64,000 bases of DNA, taken from Psilocybe cubensis (lineage: Eukaryota). This document shows, one piece after another, positions 51,694 to 63,009 of this stretch (positions are counted from its first letter, which is position 1; each line of letters begins with the position of its first letter). Location: assembly GCA_017499595.2 (NCBI GenBank), contig CM039000.1, positions 1,116,001 through 1,180,000 of the forward strand, given 5' to 3'. The position numbers and the translations under genes were made by a program. The notes beneath the pieces are model-generated. The model saw only the letters and a list, made by a program, of their open reading frames with translations. It was not told the DNA's origin and made no database searches.

Positions 51694-54533
51694 ATGGCCT
51701 CCCACTCACATCCAAACTCTGGTTCCGCCAATCTCGTCGGCGTCCACTATCGCGTAGGCAAGAAAATCGGCGAGGGCTCCTTCGGTGTCATCTTTGAAGG
51801 TGCCGCCTCTGTTCTCGGGATTTCCGCCTACCTCGACTGACCCGGTTGCATACAGGAACGAACCTGCTCAACTCCCAGACTGTCGCTATCAAATTTGTTC
51901 GTCGTCGCTGTGCTACTGCTCTGCTCTGTCAAGCCCGGAACACTGATTGTCACCCCCCACACACACACTCTCTCTCTCCCCGCATTTCTCAACCTTTTTC
52001 ACAGGAACCACGCAAGGCAGAGGCGCCTCAGCTCAGAGACGAATGTCGCTCGTACCGTATATTGGCTGGATGTCGTCAGTACCCTCTTCTTCCCCCGCTT
52101 CAACCCCCCGCTCACGTACTCCTGTCTTTTTTTTTCTTGAACCACATGCACCTCGCTACGAAACACATGCGATACCCCCCGCCTCGTTCACTACTTATCA
52201 TTACTGTTAACCTCACCATCATCATCAAACTACATCATGGCGACCCCACCCCACCACCGCCGACCGACGTGCTTCGTAACCGTTGAATGCTTCTAAAACC
52301 GCATACCACACAGCCGGGATACCGCAGATATACCATTTCGGACAGGAAGGGCTGCATAATATCCTCGTTATCGACCTGTTGGGCCCGAGCTTGGAGGATT
52401 TGTTCGATATGTGCGGGCGCAAGTTCTCGATCAAGACGGTGTGCATGGCTGCGAAGCAGATGGTGCGTTGCATCTCTCTTTCTTTCTTGTGGGCGGTCCG
52501 TCGGAGCCCTGACGTTGTGTTTTGTTTTCTTCTTTTTTCTTGTTTGTTGTTGCTTTTGGGATGGTGGGGATGGGGATGTAGCTGTTCAGGGTGCAGACTA
52601 TCCACGAGAAGAATCTGATTTACAGAGACATCAAGCCTGATAATTTCCTCATCGGTCGTCCCGGGACGAAAGGCGCGAACAGTGAGTTTCTTTAAACGTT
52701 ATTTTCTCTTTTTCTCTCTTTACACCCGCCCTCCTGCCCCCTTCTTTGATCTGCCTCTCCTCATCCTCCTTGTCCTCATAGCGTCGCGCTAATTGCGCGC
52801 TTGCGAGGGAGGGGTCCTTTTCCTTGTCCCTGTCCTTGTTCTCTCATCACATAACATCATATACTCCTTTTATTGCCTGGTTACTGTCGCCGTTACTAGT
52901 TACTGATATATTATATTATTTCTAACAATGGAACAGTTATCCATGTTGTTGATTTCGGCATGGCGAAGCAGTTTAGGGATCCGAAGACAAAACAGCATAT
53001 TCCGTACAGGGAGCGGAAGAGTCTGAGTGGGACGGCGCGGTATATGAGTATTAATACCCATTTGGGACGAGGTGCGTGTGGGCCGCCTGGCTTTTTTTTT
53101 TGTTGCCTGTTTTGTCTTTCTGCCATGCAGCGCAGTAGCAGCAGTAGCTGACGATGATGATGCTTTTTTGTATTTGTTGTTCCGTTATCTTTTCGTGGAT
53201 TATCCAATCGAAATCGACATCGAATCGCCACCGACTTTGAATCGCGAATCTAGAACAATCGCGACGAGACGATTTAGAGGCGCTGGGTCATGTGTTCATG
53301 TACTTCCTGCGTGGAAGTTTACCGTGGCAGGGTCTTAAAGCCGCGACGAACAAGCAGAAGTATGAAAAGATTGGGGAAAAGAAGCAGACGACTCCGATCA
53401 AAGAGCTCTGTGAGGGCTTCCCTGGTAAGTCTCACCCTTCCTTCCCTTCCCCCCCTGTCAAAAGTGAAAAGTTTGTTGACTTGGTAAAATGAAATGTATG
53501 CGTGGCTTTATGGTTTCTTTTTGGTTGACGTTTTGGTTCTTTTTTGATTTGATTTGATTTGGGTTGGGTTGGGTGGTGTAGAGGAGTTTGGGATATACCT
53601 CAATTATGTGCGCAAGTTGGGCTTTGAGGAGGCACCGGATTATGATTTCTTGCGAGAGCTATTTACGAAGGTGTTGAGGAGTAATGGGGACGCGGATGAT
53701 GGGATCTTTGACTGGAACTTGCTCAACGGTGCGTCCTATCTCTTCGCAACCATCTTTGTGCGTGCGCCCGACTGACTTGTGTCCCTTTCCCCTTTCTCCT
53801 TTCTACTTTGATACGCAGATGGGAGAGGCTGGGAAGCATCTGTGGTTCGTGCCTTTCTCCTTTATTTCAAATTTTGGAAGAGAAGAGAGATGATTTACAT
53901 ATGTTGTTATGTTATTTTACACAGCACCAGAGTCAGATGCTCGCGCGGGTGCAGAATGAGAACGCACACGCGGACAGGCGTCGGGAGCGGGACGACCGGC
54001 GGCGCTCCCAAGCGCAACAGCAACAGCAGCAAGTGCCCGGGGCAGGGGCAGGACCAGGACAGCAAGGCGGCAACGTCGTCCCGCCGTCGCCTGCGCTCGT
54101 GCGGCATGGGTCGAGGCAGCGGAAAGTGCCTGCGGCGCTCACGCCTGGTGGGGCGATGGCGGGTGTGCAGGGGAATATACCGATTGGGGGCACGTTGCAG
54201 CCGCAGAGGAATTCGCAGATGCATATGCAGCAGCAGCTGCAGCAGGGACAGCATCCGTATGCGGGACCGGGGATTGGAGTTGGGTATGAGTATGCTCAGC
54301 AGCAGCAGCAACTACAACAAGCGCAGCAGCAGCAGTATGGGAGAACGTCGCCGATGGTGACGGCTAGTGTTGGTGCGGGTGCGCCTGTGGCTGCTGTGAG
54401 CCATGTGAGGGCGATGGGTGGGGATGTGGGTGTTGCGCAGGATTATCAGGGTCAACAGGGTCAGGGACAGCAGATGCATGATGAGGATGTGCAGAAACCG
54501 TCGTTTTTGAAGCTTTTGACGTGTCGGTGCTGA
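51694..54533 (+). CDS. Casein kinase I, gamma/Yck-like membrane-anchored isoform
   Basis: [83 protein letters not shown]. Gln-rich tail ending FLKLLTCRC*. Confidence 0.96.
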
Positions 54534-55013
54534 ACATGGAAGAATCAAGAATCAAGTTTGAAGGTGAAGATTGGAGATTGAAGGGAACCAAACCCTCGTC
54601 TTCTTTGTTTTCTTTGTTTTCTTTTTTTTTCTTTTCTGTTTGAACGCCTGCACTTTTTCTCTTTCTCTAGCATACACATCACATACTTACGCACTACAAC
54701 CCCACACACGCTCTCTTACAACACTCACAAGTAATCTCTCTCTCTCTCTCTCCTCTTTACGACTTTCCTCTCTTTTCCTTTACCCCGTCATTCCTTCATA
54801 TTCCTCACATACTCTCATCCATCCATCCATCAACACATACCTTGCATCTGCATTTTCTTCTCCATTGTCGTCATGACCAGTCTCTTCTTTTTTTAAAATA
54901 TGGGGTTAAAGTGATGTCTTGTCTTGTCTTGTTCTGTTCTTCTTCTTTATGTTTCTTTTCTCTTTTTTTTCTCTCTTCTATACCCTTCCGACAATACCTT
55001 CCCCCCTCCAAGG

Positions 55014-55035
55014 TTTTTTTTTTTTTTTTTTTTTT
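55014..55035 (+). repeat. Poly(T) tract (~22 nt) in the pyrimidine-rich CK1 3' region
   Basis: Uninterrupted T run, with a (CT)n run nearby at ~54735-54752. Confidence 0.85.
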
Positions 55036-55878
55036 CCAGTTTTGCATCCCCTCCTAATACAGCCGCTCCTTTTTTTTCTGTCACGGTTTTGGTTTTCTCT
55101 CTTTCCTGTTACTTCTCGTTCTCGTTCTAGTTTCTAGTTTGATTGCTCGCTTTACCTACATACATGTCACGTCTGTATATGATTTTCTTTTCTCTCTCTT
55201 TTTTTTGGAATGATTAGGCTACTCTATACCATTAAAATATGCCCCTGGTATCCGTTTGGAATTTTTTTTTTTTTCAGTTTGCTTGATGCATTCTTTTTTT
55301 GTGATGATGATGAATCGAATCGATTAATCGATTAATCAACGGATCTTACAGCTTACACCCTTATGGAACTGATGAAGAGGTCGGTGGAGTGTACAGTAGA
55401 GGAGAGTAGAGCATGCTAGCAGCGGTTAAGCACAGCACTGTCACTTGGTGAATAGGACATGGATTCAGTTGAAAGGAAAACTTGTATATGTAGTTATCCT
55501 CTCTGACTGAACGCATGCACCAAAAATGAATGTGCTGTGCTGATCTCACTGCGATGGGTTGGAGATGGGGTTGGGGCGGCGAGTAGAGGGGTGTGGAGCT
55601 ATATCCAATGATCTCTAGAACGGTACAGTCGATATATGCGCTAAGCAGTAACACAGATGAACATCGGATAAAGAAAAGGCGGTGATAGTTGTGGTTCAAG
55701 TCAGAAAGAGTCAAATCTCGTGCAAAAAAGCAAAAAACGGGACCGATTTTTATTTCCTTTTCTGGATAAGTGGAAATTTGGGCCCCAAACCTTATCTGGG
55801 AGGGGGAGTGCGATTTTTCTTTGAACTTGCCTCTCCCATCTTGACCACTTTCATCTTCGCCTCACTCGCCCATCTCCA

Positions 55879-57298
55879 ATGACTGAAGCATCACCAGCCA
55901 TCCCCACCTTCAAGCTCGTCCTCGGTCAGTACACTCTCCATCCGTTCCTCGTTGTTTTTTTTTATGAGATCTGACGCGCGAAACATTTAAACTGATTTTT
56001 CTTGCTTGATCGATGTTCAAATCGTGTCTTCATCGCCATCTCCCTGCGCGCTTTCGACCACCTCGTTGCTCTCCACGGCTCGTACGCCCGATTCTGCGCC
56101 AATCCAGTCGGCGATGGAGGAACAGGCAAAACCACTTTCGTCAAGGTAATCGATAACTTTGCGCTACGCACGGGCGGCGGGGCCTTTGTCTCGTCTGCCA
56201 CTAGCCACCTTTTTTTTTGAGAAAAAATCGCGTGCTGATCTCTTTCATCTTGTAGCGCCACTTGACGGGTGAATTCGAAAAGAAGTATATCGGTGCGTCA
56301 TCGTTCCTTTTTCCTCTTGCGATAAACCTCGCGTTTGTGCGATCCGTGCCTGCGACATCGGCATCGACATCGACATCAACATCAACATCGGCACACCGCG
56401 CCCCCAACCCGCACTCGCCCATGAAAACAAACAAAAAGCTGACTTTACCTCTTTTATGCAGCCACTCTCGGTGTCGAGGTCCACCCTCTGCAGTTCTCGA
56501 CCAACTTTGGCACGATCTGCTTCAACGTGTGGGATACCGCCGGCCAGGAGAAGTTTGGTGGGCTCCGGGATGGGTACTACATCCAGGGTCAGTGCGGTAT
56601 CATCATGTTTGATGTCACCTCGCGCATCACCTACAAAAACGTCCCCAACTGGCATCGCGATCTCGAGCGCGTCTGCGAGAGCATCCCCATCGTGCTTTGT
56701 GGAAACAAGGTCGACATCAAGGTGTGTTTTTTGTTTGCTCTCTCTCTCTCCTTTGCCTGCTTTGGGCGGTTATCTGATCGATGGTTTCTAATATGTATAA
56801 CAACAGGAGCGTAAAGTGAAGACTGGTGCTGTCACTTTCCACAGAAAGAAGAACCTCCAGTACTTTGAAATCTCGGCCAAGTCGAACTATAACTTTGAGA
56901 AGCCCTTCCTGTGGCTGGCAAGGAAACTCGTCGGGTACGTGTTTTTTTGCGCGCGCACGCGCGCTTTGTTGTCATCGCCATCATCCGTGCATGTGGACTC
57001 ATCACGTCATCGACGGCTTTTTTTGCCCCCTTTTTTCCGTGAATTTATAGAAACAACACTTTGGAGTTCGTCGCTGCCCCTGCTCTCGCCCCCGCCGAGG
57101 TTGCCGTTGACGCCGCCCTGATGAGCCAATACGAGGCGGAATTGAAGCGGGTGAGTTTGGCGCCTATTATGACTAAGCTATACTTGTTCCATCATTTCTG
57201 TCACTTTACTGACACAATCCATCTCTTTTTTTTTTCTATTTTATGTTTTTATACAGGCCGAAGCTGTTCCTCTCCCCGAAGACGACGAGGAGCTCTAA
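55879..57298 (+). CDS. RAN: Ran GTPase (Gsp1/Spi1), 7 exons
   Basis: [71 protein letters not shown], acidic tail PLPEDDEEL*. Confidence 0.98.
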
Positions 57299-57629
57299 GG
57301 ATATTGAACAAAGTTCTTTTCCCAACCACCACCTCCCTCGTTATCTTCTCTTGTTTTTGTTTTTTAACTTGTACCCCTTAGCAATGCCAAATTCCTCATT
57401 ACGCTAGCACTTCTATTATGTTTTAACGTCTCACATACACTCTCACTCTCACTCTGTCCTCGCTTTTTCATTATAGCCTCCTTTTTTTTACAGCTCTCGC
57501 TTTTCTCTTTTTTTCTTCTTCCAGCCCACTGATTTTTTGTTTTTGCCGTGTGAATAAACCCATTCAAGGTCGTTTGAGTTTATTGAGTGTTTGGTCTGGC
57601 CTTTCTCTTTTTTCTTTCTTCTTTTCGTG

Positions 57630-58350
57630 TTCTGCGGTTGTGGTTGTGGTTGTGGTTGTGTGGGTCTCCTTTTACTGTGGCTTTGGCTTTGGCTTTGGCT
57701 TTTGTGTGGCATTTTTTGTGTGACTTCTTTTGTTTCTTTGGTTTTGTGTGGTTTGCTTTGCCTTGTCTTGTCTTGCTGGCAGCTAGCAACTGACAGCTGG
57801 TAGCTGGATGTGTGTTGTGTGTTGTGTGTTGTGACATGCCTTTTTTTGTGGCGTGCCTTTTTTGCTTTGCTACGTGTCCATCAGCAATCTGTTGGGACCC
57901 ATGGTGTTAGAATTCTTTATTGGTGAATTGGGTGAGGTGAGCTCGTGCGCGATGCGCGTTCTAGATCTGTTTTTTATGGGATGGGATGGGATGGGATAGG
58001 TTGTGGAGTTGTGGTTTGATTATTTGTGTGAGGCTTGTATGCAATGTTGCAATGTGAACTAGTAGATGCAGATGGATGGATGGATGGATGAATGAATAGA
58101 TGGATGGATAAATAGATGGATGAATATATGCAGGAGAATGTTGGTGATGGGTTATGTAGTGAGAGGGGTACCATTGACATAGCTGTTTCCTTGTGCTGGA
58201 TTGAACTTGAAGGGAGGGAGGGATATGTGAAATGTGGAAGGTGTGGGGAGGTCATGTGAGGACTGAGGTTCTGTTGGTGTTGGTGTTGTATTCCAAGAAA
58301 GAAGGAGAAGAAGGAGAAGAAGTTGACGACAACGACGACGACGACGAGAA
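57630..58350. repeat. Cluster of microsatellites between the convergent 3' ends of Ran and gene A
   Basis: (GGTTGT)n ~57636-57660, (GGCTTT)n ~57679-57702, (TGTGT)n ~57808-57832, (ATGGG)n ~57976-57997, (GGAT)n ~58070-58122, (GAC)n ~58325-58346. Confidence 0.85.
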
Positions 58351-58468
58351 AGTAATAGAAATAGTCCTCTCCACTGGCAATCTAACCTATTAATCATCAA
58401 GTTAAAATATCAAAACACACAGGTTCTTCTCAGATATCTTAACCGTACCGTGACTTTGTACTACTCAC

Positions 58469-61049
58469 TCATTCCGGTCCCTTTTCCCTGAAATGGTGCA
58501 CGCCGAGATCAACATCGAACGCGATCCCGAGCAGGAACTTTTGGAACGCGCCGAGGTGGCGGAGTGCGTGTGAGGTTAGTATTTTGTGTTTTTCGGAGGT
58601 GGGGTCTGGGTATGGATGTGGATGTGGATGTGGATGGGAAGTTGGTGGTTGGGGTTGGGGTGGTTGGTTGGTGTTTTGGTGTGAAGAAGAAGAAGAAGAG
58701 GAGGAGGAGGAGGAGGAGAAGAAGGAGGAGGAGGAAGACGAAGACGAAGAGGACGATGTCATCAACTTCCGAAACTGCACAAAGTCCCGCTCGGAGCACA
58801 CGCCAATATACACCAGCACGGGGATAAGCTCACCCAGGCCCTGTGCATGCAAATAAGCTTTGAGCGCGGGGCACGCGAGGTGCGTCGGTACTGGTGGGTG
58901 CTTGCGCGTCAGCGTGGTTAATGGTGCTGATGCGGAAGAGTTGGATGAGGTGCTAGTGGACATGAGAAGTTGAGTGTTTGGGGTGCTGGGTGGGATAGGC
59001 GCCGGGATTTTGAGGGGGCACGGGAGCTGTTCGATCGCGGGTGTCGTTTTGGGCGCTTGTGGTGGTGGTGAATACGTGGGTGGCGCTAAAATGGACTGGT
59101 GATCGATGCGGCGCGGGGTGATGGTGGTCTTGTTAGGACCGAACGACTTCGTCCTCTTCATCTGTAACAAAAACAGGATTTTTTTTTAAAAAAAACGTTG
59201 GGAAATTCGGATTGATGCGTTGAAAGAACGACTCACGAATATGTCGGCGAATATCTGCTCTTCTTCGTCGTCTTTGTACGAAGGACGGATGCGTGGAACA
59301 AGCTCTTTAAGTCTTTGGAGGCAAACATTTATGGGCCAGTAGTTTTCGTATTTCTCAAATTCATTTTCCTGGGAGATGCATATCTTGGGTGTGATGTGAG
59401 GACGTCAGTCCGAGGCAGGACAAATAAATATCTTGAATTTGATTACTAACCTTGTCGATGACACCCTCAAGAACCTCCCGGCTTGGTGTAGAAGAGCTGG
59501 AGTACACACCCAGATTAAATTCCACTGTGTCCTAAGCATTATATGAGCACGTTTTGAAATTGGAATGGAAAAAAAATTGGACACGTACCAAAAGGGTTTG
59601 GAACTTGACTTTGTCGTCGTCCAGCTGCATCGCAGATCGTAGGTCGCCTTTAAAGACCTCGTAAGGAGAATATACCATGGCCCCTATTATGGCAAAGAGA
59701 GGAGCTGGGGTATAAAGCAGGTTTTGTGTCTTGTCATTATCGGCGTGGTAAGATTCTTCTACAGTACCCATATACGTGTAGCTTCCTCTGGGCTCTACGT
59801 CCAGAAAGAGATCCAACAAGCGATTTCTCGTAGCTCTTCTCAACGTGATGCAATTTGAAAAAAACAGATCTAATGTCGACAGCTTCATACGAAGCAAGAT
59901 ATCAAGGTGCTGATCGAAGAGGATACCGATGTGCGCTAAGATGCTGAGTATGTCGTCGTTGTCAATGAATGTACGTAGGCGCCGATTGTACAATGGATCA
60001 GCAACTGTTAAAGTATTGCACTGAATGCAGGACACGGTTATGGGGATCGATGCGTCGGGACCAACTGTGCTTGAGCGTTGTGCTGGATTAGAGATTGGTA
60101 TTGGATTGTGATTGGCGATGGGAGCAGGCTTGAACCGTGACCACCGGAGCTGCGCCGCTGGAGGTATGTTCTCCTTTCCGACAGAGTTGGTATACCTTAA
60201 ACTCGACCCATCATTTACCTGCGGTTCAATACACGCATACGATAACGGGGAGCGTGTCGAGTTCCTGGTATCAACACTATCAAATTAAGCGATTTCATTC
60301 ATGTCAGTCAAGTTGAGCAGATCGGATGATATACATACTTGGTAGAGTTTACCGCTTCCGAGTTTCCCAACGGCGTTTTGATACATATAAACTCAATATC
60401 ATTGTCGTCGTCTTCCATCTCCGTCAAATTCCTGGTGTCTGGGCTTGTGTCACGATAAACATGCATTAAAAAGAGCAGAAACCAACAATCTGGACAGCAT
60501 TGCTCACCGTGTTGTATGAACGCTGATAGGCTCCACAATCTCAACATCGTCAGAAGAGTCTTCTTGAACTTTGTATCTGAAGAATTTCCCGCATTTGACT
60601 CTTCCAGATGCCATTGCTTCCCTCCTCATGCTCGCACTGTAGAAGTTGTAATAACAATTCAAAACCCAAGCCTGTTTATATCGTCTAAGCAATGGGTCAA
60701 CCTCAAGCATCTGAAAAATTACACGTAATAAGCCTCGAAGCATAGTGAAAGGCAAGACAAAGAAGACAGACGAACTGCCCGAACAAATTGATCCCACTTA
60801 TCTGGTTCCTGCTTTTCGGCGGGGAGCATCATGTCCAGTATTCTCGATTCCATCCGTGCATTTAGCTTTTATAGAAAATAATTCAGTGACTTCATCTATA
60901 TCATTGACATTGGGTGAAGCAGCATAACTTGAACATACTTTAAAGATTTCAAAGGATCGCCTGGTTCCATGCGTTCCCTTCATCTTTTGCCACAGACCCC
61001 CCACGCTTCTGATGCAGCGTGGTCTCTTAATTTTTGGACGCTGATCCAT
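58469..61049 (-). CDS. Uncharacterised multi-module protein, gene A of the tandem family (KIKRPR N-terminus, two YxxxW(P) modules, two SAM-like modules)
   Basis: Spliced MDQRPKIKRPR...FEIFK|LNARMESRILDMMLPAEKQEPDKWDQFVRA|MLEVDPLLRRYKQAWVLNCYY ... FQTLL|DTVEF...VIDK|ICISQENEFEKYENYWPINV...QIFADIF|...GELIPVLVYIGV...LGAFQKFLL. Introns are canonical, and homology to the neighbouring paralogs supports the model. Confidence 0.7.
58612..58757 (-). repeat. Coding simple repeats (poly-Ser and His-Pro) in the last exon of gene A
   Basis: (GAA/GAG)n and (GGATGT)n on the + strand, absent from the aligned region of paralog B. Confidence 0.85.
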
Positions 61050-61948
61050 GTTGGAAAGGAGAGAGAAGGATACAATACAATGATCAAAGGGCAGTGGTTG
61101 ACAACGCTCAACACGAGGCCAGGGCTTAAGTCGAATCCTTGTCAATCGTGACAACGAAAATTCTGGTTAGAGCAAAGCTTAGTTCTTGTCCATCATAGAT
61201 TAAGTTTTAGGTTTGAAACTTTTCAACTTCAATGCTGTCAAGTACTGATCATAAGACGACTAATCGCCACTGACAGCCCTTCAAATAGGTATAACCATAA
61301 GGCCGAAAAAAACACGTAACGGATAGAAGCCGGCTGTAGCAGACTGTTTACCTAGATACAGTGCGGATTCCTCTATAGTATGAATGTAGAGGACTACTTT
61401 AAAAATGCTGCGGATCGAAATTGTCTCGAGGGCCGAATGTTTTGAGGTGCAAACTCTGAGTCGGAGCTCTGAACACGAAGTTGAATTTCCCACGATTTAA
61501 GCGCGTGATTGAACTTTGTCCGATTTTGCAGTATGGCCATGCTACATCGGTTTTACTTATATTCTTCATGCTTCAACTCCGTCACAATATCACTATACCC
61601 TATCTCACGGCGTGTTAAAAAATCTTGAATTATTGATAGCTCGAATGATGGATGACGATGGTACTAGCACTACACATAAGTCACTGGTTAACTGAAAGCT
61701 TTTCTGACCGCCTTAATACAAAACAATATAATGTCCCATAATCAGACCAAGCGGATAGATGAATTATGAAAGACTGTACTCATAAAATGCCCGGTAGATC
61801 ATTTCTAATGGAGTAGAGTGATCTGTAAGTCTTGAGTCCCGTCAACATAGGCAAAGATATATGATATGCGGAAGATTGTGGACTGACTGTACCGATGCGA
61901 TTTTATTTATTGAATGTTTCTCATCTTGTGAGAGCTTATTTACGCCTA

Positions 61949-62586
61949 TCATTTGAAAAGTGTTGATTGACGGTTGTGAACTGCCCAATATAAGTCAGAT
62001 AGGCGGTCCTCTGAACGAAAAAGTCTTAACGACCCCACTCACACAGCTGCTTCAACTTCTGCAATCTCTACTTCACTGGTGTCTGGGTGAGATATGGATT
62101 TTTGAGACGCAAGTTGACGAGAATATAGACGTTGACGACGAGATGAAAGTTGATTGTCTTGTGTTCGAGTCCATCTTCTACGCGTAAAGCTATTAAAATA
62201 TTCGGCAATGGGCCAATTGTCTTCATAGTCCTTGAGGGCAGGATCCAAATTGAGCATCTATAGAGACAAAAGAAATAAATATGCTAGGAGACATGGTGAA
62301 AGCACAAGCAGGTTAACATACCACAGCAACCACTTTTTCCCATGCATCGGTGTCTTGCTCTAGATGTGGTTTTGAACTATCGAGAGATTTTGCAAGTTTT
62401 CGAACACGCGCCTGCAGTCGAAGTACGTAGTTAATAATGAAAATACAAAAAATCGACCATAAAAGTTTCAACCTTGAAGATATAGAATTTAGATGGGGAG
62501 TGAGTTTTCTTCATTTCCTCCTGCAGAACTTTGAGGGAAGTCCTATATAAAGTTTTCCTAGGCCTTTTGATTTTTGCAATCTCCAT
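61949..62586 (-). CDS. Short or truncated paralog (gene C) containing only the N-terminal KIKRPR motif and one YxxxWP module
   Basis: Spliced MEIAKIKRPRKTLYRTSLKVLQEEMKKTHSPSKFYIFK|ARVRKLAKSLDSSKPHLEQDTDAWEKVVAV|MLNLDPALKDYEDNWPIAEYF... Intron positions match gene A. The first donor is weak (GTTGAA), so it may be a relic. Confidence 0.6.
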
Positions 62587-63009
62587 ACAGTGCTATTGGT
62601 ATGTCTAAATATGATTGAGGGGGTGAGGTCGAGTTGATTGTGGTCTATGAGTGAATCTAGAAATTTGATTGAAGGTCTGGGTAGTGACGGCAGTTGGACG
62701 GCAGCCTCAACAAGGTTTCGGCAAGTGCTTTGCTTCATCGCCATTTCCCGCAGTTTTGCTGATTCTTGTATAGATGCCCTTCATGGGATTATTCACCATA
62801 AGATAACATGAATAAATCTAGTGAATGTTGCATCATGATCTGCACAGTGCTAGGTATGAATATACTAGTGTAATAACCTAATCTTTCAAATATGAATTGC
62901 GACCAGAGACGTGGACTACCTATCTCCCCACCTTTGAAGCTTGAAAGTCAAAGGTAAAAAAATGGTGAAAATAGTTCCCCTCGTGGATGAATGCAGGAAG
63001 TTTGCATCA

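Noticed and set aside
61769..61890. AAGACTGTACT...GATCATTTCTA, resembling U3 snoRNA boxes A'/A, with later AGAGTGA and CTGA
   Set aside because: The A'-A spacing is ~10 nt too long, box A does not continue as TAG, and there is no hinge or C' box and no proper TGATGA box C. Probably chance; an Rfam scan would settle it.
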